Source: a virus
IMG/VR virus record: IMGVR_UViG_3300011116_000574
Coordinates: 1-64,000 of that record
Direction: 5' to 3' (one strand)
Length of the DNA: 64,000 nt
Shown: positions 50,934 through 60,726 of the stretch, one piece after another
Numbering within the stretch: position 1 is the first letter of the stretch
Layout: the number at the start of each line of letters is the position of its first letter
Notes under the pieces: generated by a model
What the model saw: the letters and a program-made list of their open reading frames with translations, nothing else
Database searches by the model: none
Told to the model about the DNA's origin: nothing
Made by a program: the position numbers and the translations under genes

Positions 50934-51314
50934 ATGGCAACTAAAGCAAATTTTGAACATATTCAGGGAGATAATTTTCGCCTGAATATTACATATTATG
51001 ATTCAAGCGGTAGCGTTGTAAATCTATCGGGTTACTCTGCCGTACTTGAGGTTAGAGATCAGCCTGGTGGTCAACTTTTATGCACCACTGCCTCTATTGG
51101 TTCAATTCCATCAAGTGGATCTTATTCTGGACTATATATATCTACCCCAAGTGCTTCTAGTGGGGCTTTAATTATTAATCTTCCAGGAACTGAAACAGCT
51201 AATTTCAATTACCCACGATCATCATATCAGATTAGAGTTCAGAGTTCGGGTGGGATAAAAGATACCCTTGCTCATGGATGGATTTCTGTAGATGCGGGTA
51301 CCATTGACATATGA
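50934..51314 (+). CDS. virion structural protein (BppU-N-like adaptor)
   Basis: QGDNF.LNITY...VNLSGYSA...YQI pattern upstream of fibre genes. Confidence 0.6.
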   Translation: MATKANFEHIQGDNFRLNITYYDSSGSVVNLSGYSAVLEVRDQPGGQLLCTTASIGSIPSSGSYSGLYISTPSASSGALIINLPGTETANFNYPRSSYQIRVQSSGGIKDTLAHGWISVDAGTIDI

Positions 51315-52582
51315 GCGATAACTATTCCATAATTGAACCAATAATACATACAGTTAGTGCTACACAAATAACCAACACTGTTGTTGTTTCATCTCCAGGT
51401 CCACAAGGTCCAATTGGAGAATTTCAGCCTTCAAGTATTCCAACTGCATATCCAATAACAAATGCTTCTGGAACAATTGGATACAATACATCTTATATTC
51501 CAGCTAGTGCTACATATTCTTCAAGTGCTGGTATTTCATCATCTACTACTCAAACAAATTTTAACTCCCTGACTATAAGTGGTTCGAATGTGGCAACACA
51601 ACAATATGTTTTGGCAAACATTCCAGCTTCTGCCCAATATGCTGGAAGTTCACAGTATGCTACAAATTCTGGAAGTTCAAGTTATGCGACATTATCATCT
51701 AGTGCAAATATATCATCAAGCACTAACTATATTTTAGGATCTAATGTATCTGGTGCAGTTGCTAGTGCTACAATTTCAGCAAGCGGAATTATATCATCTA
51801 GTGCTAATATTTCTTCAAGTGCCATAACATCTTCAAGTGCTACAATCTCTTCTAGTGCAAACATATCAGCATCAGCAAACTATGCTATTAACTCTGAAAG
51901 TTTAAATGGTCAACCAGGTTCTTATTATGCTCCCGCCACATCTAGTGTTGGAATTGGTTCTACCAGAATTACTTTAAATACAACAACATCATCTTTAGGC
52001 GGGGTTTTAATAAACAATAGCTCATCAGTATTATCTCCACTTTTAATTCTTAATAATACTAATACGCAACCTTCAACTACTCAAGGTACGCTGTATTATG
52101 AAACAAACACCTTTAGTCCGACAATTGTTACTGACACTACCAGCCCAATTCACATGCTTCAGCAAGTTATGATTAGAGCGGTAAATGATAGTAATGCAAC
52201 AATATCTAAGGGTCATGCTGTATACTTAAGTGGAGCACAAGGAAATAGACCTGCAGTAAAGTTAGCAATTGCTTCAAGTTCCACAACACATGATGTTATT
52301 GGTCTTGTATATGACGATATTGCAGCTCATCAAGATGGTTGGATTATTATACAGGGTCTTATAGAAGGCGTTGACACAAGAGCTTATACAGAAGGTGAAT
52401 ACATTTACCTTTCTGCAGCAAGTGCTGGAGGAATAACTTCTACAGCACCTTCTTATCCAAACTACGCCTATGTTGTTGCACAAGCACTTAATTCAACTGT
52501 TCAAGGCAAACTCCTTGTTAAGGTATATGATGCTTATAATCAAGTTAATATACCAGGAGCAATTCAGTTCTCTGATGGATAG
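51311..52582 (+). CDS. Ser/Thr/Ala-rich fibre protein, part 1
   Basis: PGPQGP collagen-like stub, SSSANIS/SSSATIS repeats, ISKGHAVY...G.IEGVDT..Y.EG..IYLS domain. Confidence 0.7.
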   Translation: MSDNYSIIEPIIHTVSATQITNTVVVSSPGPQGPIGEFQPSSIPTAYPITNASGTIGYNTSYIPASATYSSSAGISSSTTQTNFNSLTISGSNVATQQYVLANIPASAQYAGSSQYATNSGSSSYATLSSSANISSSTNYILGSNVSGAVASATISASGIISSSANISSSAITSSSATISSSANISASANYAINSESLNGQPGSYYAPATSSVGIGSTRITLNTTTSSLGGVLINNSSSVLSPLLILNNTNTQPSTTQGTLYYETNTFSPTIVTDTTSPIHMLQQVMIRAVNDSNATISKGHAVYLSGAQGNRPAVKLAIASSSTTHDVIGLVYDDIAAHQDGWIIIQGLIEGVDTRAYTEGEYIYLSAASAGGITSTAPSYPNYAYVVAQALNSTVQGKLLVKVYDAYNQVNIPGAIQFSDG

Positions 52583-53939
52583 AGCTGTTGGTTCTGAAAA
52601 TGCCAAACTTGACATAAACGGAAATGCTTCCGTAACAACTTTAAATATTACTGCATCTACATTATCTACAAGTTCAACAACAGGAGCCTTAGTCGTTAAA
52701 GGTGGTATTGCTACAGGAGATGGAGTTACTGTAGGTGGAAATTTAACAGTCATTGGAAATATTAATGGATCAGCAACATTTGCAAATAATTCTGCAAGTT
52801 TAGACGGGATTATAAGTAGTTCTTATGCTCTTAAATCATATGTCGACTCTGCATCTTTAAATGCATATAATGCAGCAAGTGCTTATACGCAAAGCGGGTC
52901 CTGGAGTAATGCTAATGCTTCTGTTTCATACTCATCAAGTGTTGGCGGTAATTTAGTGGGTGGACTATTTAATACTTCTAGTGGGCAAGCAACATTATTC
53001 TCAACACCATCTTCAATTAATATTGGAATTGCGAATGCCAATGGTTTTCAAACTATTAATATTGGAAATTCAAGGGTCACAAGCAATAGATTAATAAATA
53101 TTGGAGGAACTGATGTATTTACAGCAGTAGAAACAATTAATATTGGTACAGGTTCTGTAACTGTTGGTGGAAGAACAATAAATATTGGTACGGGAACCGC
53201 ATCCAATAGCATTGTTATTGGAAGTCTGCTGACCGCATCAATTAATGCTAATACCTATATAAATGGAGCTTTAACTGTTACAAACCTTATTTCTGGAACA
53301 TCTGCCTCTGCCACCACATCTTCAAGTGCTAGATACTCATCAAGTGCCACAACTTCATTAAATTCAGCAAGTTTGGGTGGTATTGTAGCAAGCGAGTACG
53401 CAACAGAAACAGATGTTTATACTGCACAATTAACTCCAACAACATCTATAGATCTTTTTCCAAGAACATCTATTGCGGGAGTAAGAACACTTGCTGCTGG
53501 CACAATTTATGCTACTGGATTTGTACCAATTAAAAACTTTACACTGAATACAGTTACAGTAGTTTTAACATCTGCGGGAACATCATCAATACAGTTTGGT
53601 CTTATTTCTACATCTGGCTCTACACTAACGGTTGTTGCAAGTACCGTTGCAGTGGTTCCTGGAGGAGCTGGTATTTTTACTGGGTCTTTTTCTACTCCTC
53701 AAACATTAACCGCTGGTCAAAGCTATGCAATTGGATTTTTGGCGGTGGGCGGAACAAACCCAACACTTGTTGGTCAAGCTTTTGCGACAACTAATGCGGG
53801 AATAAGTTATGGGCTATCTCCGTTTATGGCAGCAAATTCATCTACCACAACATACACATCAATTCCTGCTGCTGGAAACACTATTGCACTTAATACTGCA
53901 ACACCAACAGTTGCAATGGCTTGGGCTAGGTTATCTTAA
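52575..53939 (+). CDS. Ser/Thr/Gly-rich fibre protein, part 2
   Basis: STSSTTGALVVKGG fibre motif, repeated INIG strands. Confidence 0.7.
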   Translation: MDRAVGSENAKLDINGNASVTTLNITASTLSTSSTTGALVVKGGIATGDGVTVGGNLTVIGNINGSATFANNSASLDGIISSSYALKSYVDSASLNAYNAASAYTQSGSWSNANASVSYSSSVGGNLVGGLFNTSSGQATLFSTPSSINIGIANANGFQTINIGNSRVTSNRLINIGGTDVFTAVETINIGTGSVTVGGRTINIGTGTASNSIVIGSLLTASINANTYINGALTVTNLISGTSASATTSSSARYSSSATTSLNSASLGGIVASEYATETDVYTAQLTPTTSIDLFPRTSIAGVRTLAAGTIYATGFVPIKNFTLNTVTVVLTSAGTSSIQFGLISTSGSTLTVVASTVAVVPGGAGIFTGSFSTPQTLTAGQSYAIGFLAVGGTNPTLVGQAFATTNAGISYGLSPFMAANSSTTTYTSIPAAGNTIALNTATPTVAMAWARLS

Positions 53940-53982
53940 TGACTGGCTTTAATAAAAATCAAGAAAAGGTATAATAGATAGT

Positions 53983-56900
53983 ATGTCATATGATTTACAA
54001 GTACTAAGAGATAATCCAATTGGTTATTGGTCATTCAATAATACCAATAAGGATATTACTAGATATGCTAATACGGCTACTGTTAGTGGGTCTTATACAA
54101 CCCCGCCGATTATTGCAAATGGCGGATATTCGCTAAAAGTAAATAGTTCTACTACTGCTACTATAACTAACACTGCTGGTAAATATGAATGCTTTTCCAA
54201 TAACTATCAAAATAGAACCTTTACGATTGCTTTTTGGCTTAGCCTTAATAACCAATTAAATGGTTCTGGTGCTGGAACTTATACAAACGATCAACTTACC
54301 CTACTATCAATTAAAAACGGTGCCACAGTAATTGGTAAAATTGTATACGATTATAAGTCGAATACGGTTAGGTATACTTTTCCAGGAACAAATAACAAAG
54401 ATTCTTATGCGGTCATTGATGATTTTGACAAGCAATATTACATAGTTGCAACATATTCTAATGGAAGTCATTCTATAAAAATTAATGGTAGAAATGGGTT
54501 TATTGGTTTGGTTAGCGATTTTTCAAATATGACATCAGCAACAAAAAGCAATATCTCCTTTGTCATTGCTGATACAAGTACCACATCAAACTTTCTTACA
54601 AATAGTTTAGCTTTTTACGACTATCAAATTTCAGATGAGCAAATAAAAAGACATATTCTTTGGGCAGGAAATGATGAAAAACCAAACTTTCAAGGCTCAA
54701 TTTCTGCAAGCACATCCATCTTTACATTCTTAGAAGAAAATCAAGATTTAGGTTATGCAAAAACTATTTCTGGTCAAGATTTCCTAATATTGGGAGAGTT
54801 GGATAAATTAAATGTGACGGATTCTGGATTAACTCCATTAAAGTTAGACACCCCAACATTTAATACCAACTACGATAGTACCGCATCCTATACAATAAAT
54901 AGTTCTTCTGGAATAAATTGGTCGGGATCTGCGGGAGTAGACATTAATTTCTTTCCAAATTATTTTAATATGACAACTGGATTTACTTTATATATGACAG
55001 TAAATAGAACTTCTACTGGAAGTTATAACGAATATTTATTTGGACTATCAAATGTAAACGGACAAAGCATGTTCCTTGAGTATAATGTTCCAGATGGAAA
55101 TACAAACTATTATTTAAAAATGTATGATTCTTATACTGGCTCTACCACAACCATTGTTAGTCTAGCTAGTGGTCAATCAGCATCTACCGCAAAAATTTCA
55201 AATGTTGCCGTACAATTTTCTGGAAGCCTAATTAATCTTTACACATCTGACAATTCTGGAGTAACAGCATCGTCTACATCTGGTTTACCCCTTAATATGA
55301 ATCAGAATTCAATATTAACCTTGGGAAATAGTTATAATTCTCCAAAAAATTTATATTCTTATATAGAAGATTTTGGGGTAACAGATCAGTATTTTGCTAG
55401 TGTTACATCAATCCCCTTTGGCAGTGTTTCTAACTTTATCATGCCATTAACAGCATCAGCTAGTCCATTTCTTATTAAACAAAGAGGAACCTGGATACAT
55501 CAAGTACCATCCGTAGTTATACCTTTTTATAATTTTTACGGAACCGTTTTTGACTGGAAAACAATGGATAACTGTCAGGTTCTTTACTCTGTTGATAATG
55601 GAAGCACCTACAACATTGTAAATAGGCATCAAACTGCAAGTTTATATAATACGCTTGGTGTTGCGGGTAATATTGCAGTAAAAGTTCAAATTGATACAGA
55701 CTATGTGTTAGATCAAAAAAATCAATCCTTTAATAATTTTTATTACAATGTTTATGGTCCGATGAGTTTAATTTCTGATAATGAAATGTATACTCTGTCA
55801 TCATCAACATCTAGCGTTAGCCCAAACCTAAGAATATCTAATGGAACTAATAATATTTTAGCAAGACAAAAAAACTTTGGCGTTAAATTTGGAGGAGAGT
55901 TGCCAACAAATGCTCTTATTACTGTTCCAACATCATCTTCTTATTCCGCCATTGAAATGTGGTATAGACCAGATTTTATTCCAACTCAAACATTAAGAAC
56001 AAATATCATTAAAAATCCATCTTTTGAAGTTACCCCAACTGCGAGTATGTTTATAACTTATAATACAAATTATCCAGTAAGCACATCAACAGCATCCCCA
56101 CTATTTAGAACTAGAAGCGTAACTCAAAATACAGGAACATTCCTAAATGCACAGATTAGAATTGGTTTTCATAGAACTAACTCAGTAGCCCTTCCAATAT
56201 ATTATTCTTGTGATCCTGGTCAAGCATATACTTTTTCTTTCTATATGTCAGACATATTAATGCCATCTCCATCTATTACTGCAAGAATAAGATTTTATAA
56301 TTCTGCTGCATCAGCAACAGTTCTTTCAACAACAACTTCAACTAGCACTATATCAACAGCATCTTACACAAGGGTTTCTGTGACCGCAACTGCACCCACA
56401 TCTATAACAGCGTCTTTAAACGGAAATTTAATATTTCCAGACTTTTTTTGTCCTACAAACACTACATCAAGTTATAGTGGTGGTAGATTCCAGGCAGATG
56501 GAATTTTATTAGAGGCAAGTCCAGCACTAAATGAATATTTTGACGGTTCGTTTACAGGTGCTTCTTGGTCGGGAACTGCAGACATTTCATCATCAAGCTT
56601 GCTATACGCCAGTCCAGTTCATATAATAAATAATACAATAGATCAAAAAATTAGCTCTAGTTCTATTGCAACCGCCCCAGCTATATACATAGATAATTTG
56701 GGTAAATTTAGATCTTTGGGTGGAACCTTATATATAAACGGTGCATCCGTAGTTGACGGGTCATATTCTGCTAGTCAAAATGAGCTGTATCATTTAACTT
56801 TGGTTTTATCATCACCAACATCATCGGCTTTGTATTTAAATGGTGGTAATTTAGTAATGAACTCTACAAGAAGTAAAGGTACATATGGATATCTACAATT

Positions 56901-57048
56901 TTGGAATAGTACCCCAACTGCAGCAGATATTTTAGATAGATATTCCCAGTTTGTTGGTAAAACAATAGTGTCAATTACCGACACAAATACAACTAAATTA
57001 TACTCTGCCTTGTCGCCAGAATTATATATTATCACCAGTCTTGGCTAA
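53983..57048 (+). CDS. large virion protein with LamG/concanavalin-like and carbohydrate-binding modules
   Basis: VLRDNPIGYW start, N.IKNPSFE, EYFDGS motifs. Confidence 0.7.
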   Translation: MSYDLQVLRDNPIGYWSFNNTNKDITRYANTATVSGSYTTPPIIANGGYSLKVNSSTTATITNTAGKYECFSNNYQNRTFTIAFWLSLNNQLNGSGAGTYTNDQLTLLSIKNGATVIGKIVYDYKSNTVRYTFPGTNNKDSYAVIDDFDKQYYIVATYSNGSHSIKINGRNGFIGLVSDFSNMTSATKSNISFVIADTSTTSNFLTNSLAFYDYQISDEQIKRHILWAGNDEKPNFQGSISASTSIFTFLEENQDLGYAKTISGQDFLILGELDKLNVTDSGLTPLKLDTPTFNTNYDSTASYTINSSSGINWSGSAGVDINFFPNYFNMTTGFTLYMTVNRTSTGSYNEYLFGLSNVNGQSMFLEYNVPDGNTNYYLKMYDSYTGSTTTIVSLASGQSASTAKISNVAVQFSGSLINLYTSDNSGVTASSTSGLPLNMNQNSILTLGNSYNSPKNLYSYIEDFGVTDQYFASVTSIPFGSVSNFIMPLTASASPFLIKQRGTWIHQVPSVVIPFYNFYGTVFDWKTMDNCQVLYSVDNGSTYNIVNRHQTASLYNTLGVAGNIAVKVQIDTDYVLDQKNQSFNNFYYNVYGPMSLISDNEMYTLSSSTSSVSPNLRISNGTNNILARQKNFGVKFGGELPTNALITVPTSSSYSAIEMWYRPDFIPTQTLRTNIIKNPSFEVTPTASMFITYNTNYPVSTSTASPLFRTRSVTQNTGTFLNAQIRIGFHRTNSVALPIYYSCDPGQAYTFSFYMSDILMPSPSITARIRFYNSAASATVLSTTTSTSTISTASYTRVSVTATAPTSITASLNGNLIFPDFFCPTNTTSSYSGGRFQADGILLEASPALNEYFDGSFTGASWSGTADISSSSLLYASPVHIINNTIDQKISSSSIATAPAIYIDNLGKFRSLGGTLYINGASVVDGSYSASQNELYHLTLVLSSPTSSALYLNGGNLVMNSTRSKGTYGYLQFWNSTPTAADILDRYSQFVGKTIVSITDTNTTKLYSALSPELYIITSLG

Positions 57049-57098
57049 TATATGTCACTAAATTTCGTTTTCATAAGTAAAAATGGTAAAATCTATTT

Positions 57099-57437
57099 AT
57101 GGGAAGAATGAATATAACAGAAGTAGAAGAAGTTTCTTATGGACTTTATCTCTGGGAAACTCCAGATGGCAAGTTGTTAATGGATGAAGACGGAAACTAT
57201 CTTAATGTTGCTGCTATAAAGGGCGACATATCTAGAATCAATAGTATTAAGCAGGTAGCAAAATCTTTAGGTATAGAAGGTCAACCAGTATGGTTTTCTG
57301 GTCATAGAAGAGTGACCGAGGAAGAATATGAATACCAGAAGCAGAGAATGGATTTGGGTCTTATTCCAGATGAATTAGATGTTCCTGCAATCAAAGAGGA
57401 TATTGAACAAAAGAGAAAGATGGGTCTTTACAAATAA
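57099..57437 (+). CDS. conserved hypothetical protein upstream of portal
   Basis: Leaderless after GGTAAAAT; coupled to portal. Confidence 0.7.
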   Translation: MGRMNITEVEEVSYGLYLWETPDGKLLMDEDGNYLNVAAIKGDISRINSIKQVAKSLGIEGQPVWFSGHRRVTEEEYEYQKQRMDLGLIPDELDVPAIKEDIEQKRKMGLYK

Positions 57438-59023
57438 TGGCTAATTTAACACCAATGGATGATGATGACTTTGACTTCAGTCAAACAATCAATATTGTTT
57501 CCGATAGAGATCGTGTTGCAAAATCTCAAGAATCAGAATATGATGACCCATTTGCAAAAAGCTGGGATGACTTAAAAAAGATTGATGGTCTTAGTGAAAA
57601 CTTTAAGCGTAGAGCAAATAGACTAGAAAAGTCATTTACTGGTATTGATGATGCAAAGTCAAAGAAACTAGACCCACTTGACCTAACAGGATACTCTCTG
57701 TTTATGATTGTTCAGCCACCATACAATGTAATGTATTTGGCTCAACTTTTTGACCTTTCCCCATTTCATCATGCTGCAGTTGAAGCAAAGGTAGCAAATG
57801 TTATTGGTCTTGGTTATGAATTTCAAGAGACACAAAAAACTTTAGATAAGGTTGCCGATGTAATGGACAACCCCGCAAGACTTGATAAAATTCGTAGAAA
57901 TATTGCTCGTGGGCGGGTAGAGTTAAAAAATTATCTAGAAGATATGAACTCTGATGACGGCTTCCTTGAGACACTAAAAAAGGCATATACAGACTTAGAA
58001 GTTACTGGAAATGCCTATATTGAAATTGGTAGAACATCATCTGGAAAGATTGGATATATTGGTCATATCCCTGCCATTACAATGCGTATTCGCCGTCATC
58101 GTGATGGCTTTGTTCAGGTTGTTTATAACCGCTATACATTCTTTAGAAATTATGGAGACACGACAACAGAAGACCAAATTGGCACAGACCCAAGACCAAA
58201 TGAAGTAATTCATTTAAAGAAGTACTCACCAACAAATACTTATTATGGAATTCCAGATATTATGTCTGCAAAAAATGCTGTGGCGGGTGACGAATTTGCT
58301 CAAAGATTTAACCTTGACTATTTTGAAAACAAAGCTGTTCCAAGATACATTATTACCGTAAAGGGTGCTCGCCTTAATGCAGAGTCAGAAAGAAAACTTT
58401 TAGAATTTTTCCAGACAGGTCTAAAAGGTCGTAATCATAGAACCCTTTATATCCCACTTCCTTCAGATGGAGAGAACGCTCGTGTAGAATTTAACATGGA
58501 GCCAATTGAAGCAGGTATTCAAGATTCTTCATTTACAAACTACGCCGTTGAAAGTCGTGACCGTATTCTTTTGGCGCACCGAGTTCCAATTAGCAAATTG
58601 GGAACACCGCAGGGAACATCTTTAGCAGGTGCAAGAGATGCAGATAAAACCTTTAAAGAGCAGGTATGTCGCCCGATGCAAGACTATATTGAAAAGAAAC
58701 TAAGTGGAGTAATTGCCGAAATCACAGACGCATTTACTATACAACTAAACGAACTTACCCTTACTGATGAAGAGACACAGGCAAGAATTGATGATGTTTA
58801 TCTTAAAGATCAAGTTATTGTCCCTAATGATGTTAGACTTCGCAAGGGAATGCCACCTAGAGCGGGTGGTGACGATCCTCTAGTAATTGGTGCGAAAGAT
58901 GCAGCAGAAGCCACAGCACAAGCTAATGGAACAAGACAAAGGGATCAGAAAAGAAAAATAAATGCTCCCGATACTCAGGGCGAGGCTCGCAGTCCAAAAG
59001 GTCAGGGAAGAACACAGGAGTAA
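57437..59023 (+). CDS. portal protein
   Basis: TGNAYIE, EVIHLK, YYGIPD, YFENKAVP, HRVP, NDVR motifs. Confidence 0.92.
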   Translation: MANLTPMDDDDFDFSQTINIVSDRDRVAKSQESEYDDPFAKSWDDLKKIDGLSENFKRRANRLEKSFTGIDDAKSKKLDPLDLTGYSLFMIVQPPYNVMYLAQLFDLSPFHHAAVEAKVANVIGLGYEFQETQKTLDKVADVMDNPARLDKIRRNIARGRVELKNYLEDMNSDDGFLETLKKAYTDLEVTGNAYIEIGRTSSGKIGYIGHIPAITMRIRRHRDGFVQVVYNRYTFFRNYGDTTTEDQIGTDPRPNEVIHLKKYSPTNTYYGIPDIMSAKNAVAGDEFAQRFNLDYFENKAVPRYIITVKGARLNAESERKLLEFFQTGLKGRNHRTLYIPLPSDGENARVEFNMEPIEAGIQDSSFTNYAVESRDRILLAHRVPISKLGTPQGTSLAGARDADKTFKEQVCRPMQDYIEKKLSGVIAEITDAFTIQLNELTLTDEETQARIDDVYLKDQVIVPNDVRLRKGMPPRAGGDDPLVIGAKDAAEATAQANGTRQRDQKRKINAPDTQGEARSPKGQGRTQE

Positions 59024-59076
59024 TATGATACCGTAAATTTTGTATTGCATACAAAACTTGGTATCATTTAAGTAAT

Positions 59077-60696
59077 ATGAATATTCAAAAAGCCACATGG
59101 CAAAATGGAGATCGCAAGATGAGTCTTGCATTCCCATTTGCTAAAGTAGATAAAGAAAATCGCACAGTATCTGGCTTTGCTACATTGGATAATGTAGACA
59201 AGCATGGTGATATTGTTACTTCAGATGCAAGTAAAGCTGCATTTGAAAGATTTCGCGGAAACATTCGTGAAATGCATCAACCAATTGCGGTAGGTAAAAT
59301 CCTTTCTTTTAACGAAGAAGATTACTACGATGCTAATGAAGGTAAAAATTACAAAGGTGTATTTGTACAAGCATATATTTCAAAGGGTGCTCAGGATACT
59401 TGGGAAAAGGTTCTAGATGGCACCCTTACAGGTTTTTCAATAGGCGGAAATATTGTCACAGCCTCTATGGAAAAGGGTGACGATGAGGCAGACGAAGAGC
59501 GTAGAGTTATTAAAGAGTATGACCTACACGAATTAAGTCTAGTTGACAATCCCGCAAACCCACTTGCAAATGTTTTTTCAATTCAAAAGAGTGGTGATAG
59601 TTTAATTTTTAAAGGAATGGCAACAGAAATTGAAACAGAAAATGTCTTCTGGTGCGGAACAGACCAGGTTGCTACAGCTTATTCGGGTGAGACAAAGGAC
59701 TGCAGCATTTGCGGTGACACGATGGACACCATTGGCTGGGTTGAAAAAAGCGATACAGAAAAGAATCTATCTATTCAAAAAGTAATCAATGGTTACTTTA
59801 AGAAAGACGATGCTCCAGGTTCAGTACATGGTCCAAATGGAACACTAGATTCAAGTTCAACACCACTTAATCCCGTTATTGATTCAGAGGAAACAATTAA
59901 CTTGTATCCAGATCAGAACAACATTAGTACAACAAAGGCTGCTGTTGGAGTTGGAAGTTTTGTTACATGGAAATCTAGCGGTGGAAAAGCATATGGTAAA
60001 ATTATAAGTATTAAATCAAAAGGAACAATTAAGGTTCCAGATAGCTCGTTTGAGATCACAGCAGAAAAGGATGATCCAGCAGCACTAATTAGAATTTATG
60101 AGAAAACAGCCGATGGTTTCAAAGAAACCGACAAAAAGGTTGGTCATAAAGTAAGTACCCTTAAGCCAGCAAAAGGCTCAAAGGCTAAAAATAAAATCAG
60201 CAAAGGAGGTAGTATCGTGACAGAAGAAAATCTAGAAACTCAGGAAGCTGAAGAAATTAATGAAGTAGTTGAAGAAAGTGATGATGCAGCAATTGAGAAG
60301 GCTGCAGATGTTTCGGAAATAGAAGTCGATGAATTAGACTTTACTAAGATGGTTACAGACCTCAAAGACTTTGTTGGTGAAAAGCTTGAGAAGAGCGCAG
60401 AAAGCGCAAAAGATAGCACAACAGAATTTAAGAAAGCTCTAGAAGCAGAAACATCAGGTTTGATAAAGAAATTTGATGAACTTTCTGCTGAAAAAAATGA
60501 GCTGGCTAAATCTATTGATGCTCTAAATAACCTTGTTACAGAACTACAAAAGTCTCTTACAGAGACAAACGAAAGGGTCGCATCTTATGAGAGCGACACC
60601 GCAATTAAAAAGTCTGGTGAAGTTGACAAAACAACATCAGTAACAAGAGAAGATAAATTTTGGCAAGGATCCTTCCTCGGAGTAAATGCCCTATAA
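59077..60696 (+). CDS. prohead protease-scaffold fusion
   Basis: IREMH, LTGFSIGG, ELSLVDNPAN protease motifs; acidic coiled-coil C-terminus. Confidence 0.9.
   Translation: MNIQKATWQNGDRKMSLAFPFAKVDKENRTVSGFATLDNVDKHGDIVTSDASKAAFERFRGNIREMHQPIAVGKILSFNEEDYYDANEGKNYKGVFVQAYISKGAQDTWEKVLDGTLTGFSIGGNIVTASMEKGDDEADEERRVIKEYDLHELSLVDNPANPLANVFSIQKSGDSLIFKGMATEIETENVFWCGTDQVATAYSGETKDCSICGDTMDTIGWVEKSDTEKNLSIQKVINGYFKKDDAPGSVHGPNGTLDSSSTPLNPVIDSEETINLYPDQNNISTTKAAVGVGSFVTWKSSGGKAYGKIISIKSKGTIKVPDSSFEITAEKDDPAALIRIYEKTADGFKETDKKVGHKVSTLKPAKGSKAKNKISKGGSIVTEENLETQEAEEINEVVEESDDAAIEKAADVSEIEVDELDFTKMVTDLKDFVGEKLEKSAESAKDSTTEFKKALEAETSGLIKKFDELSAEKNELAKSIDALNNLVTELQKSLTETNERVASYESDTAIKKSGEVDKTTSVTREDKFWQGSFLGVNAL
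60217..60696 (+). CDS. nested in-frame scaffold protein (159 aa)
   Basis: Strong SD AAAGGAGGT 6 nt before an in-frame GTG at the start of the acidic coiled-coil. Confidence 0.7.
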   Translation: MTEENLETQEAEEINEVVEESDDAAIEKAADVSEIEVDELDFTKMVTDLKDFVGEKLEKSAESAKDSTTEFKKALEAETSGLIKKFDELSAEKNELAKSIDALNNLVTELQKSLTETNERVASYESDTAIKKSGEVDKTTSVTREDKFWQGSFLGVNAL

Positions 60697-60726
60697 AAAA
60701 CCACTATGAAAGGTAGGTGAAAAAAT

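Noticed and set aside
51311-57048. Diversity-generating retroelement acting on fibre genes
   Set aside because: No reverse transcriptase and no template/variable repeat pair seen.
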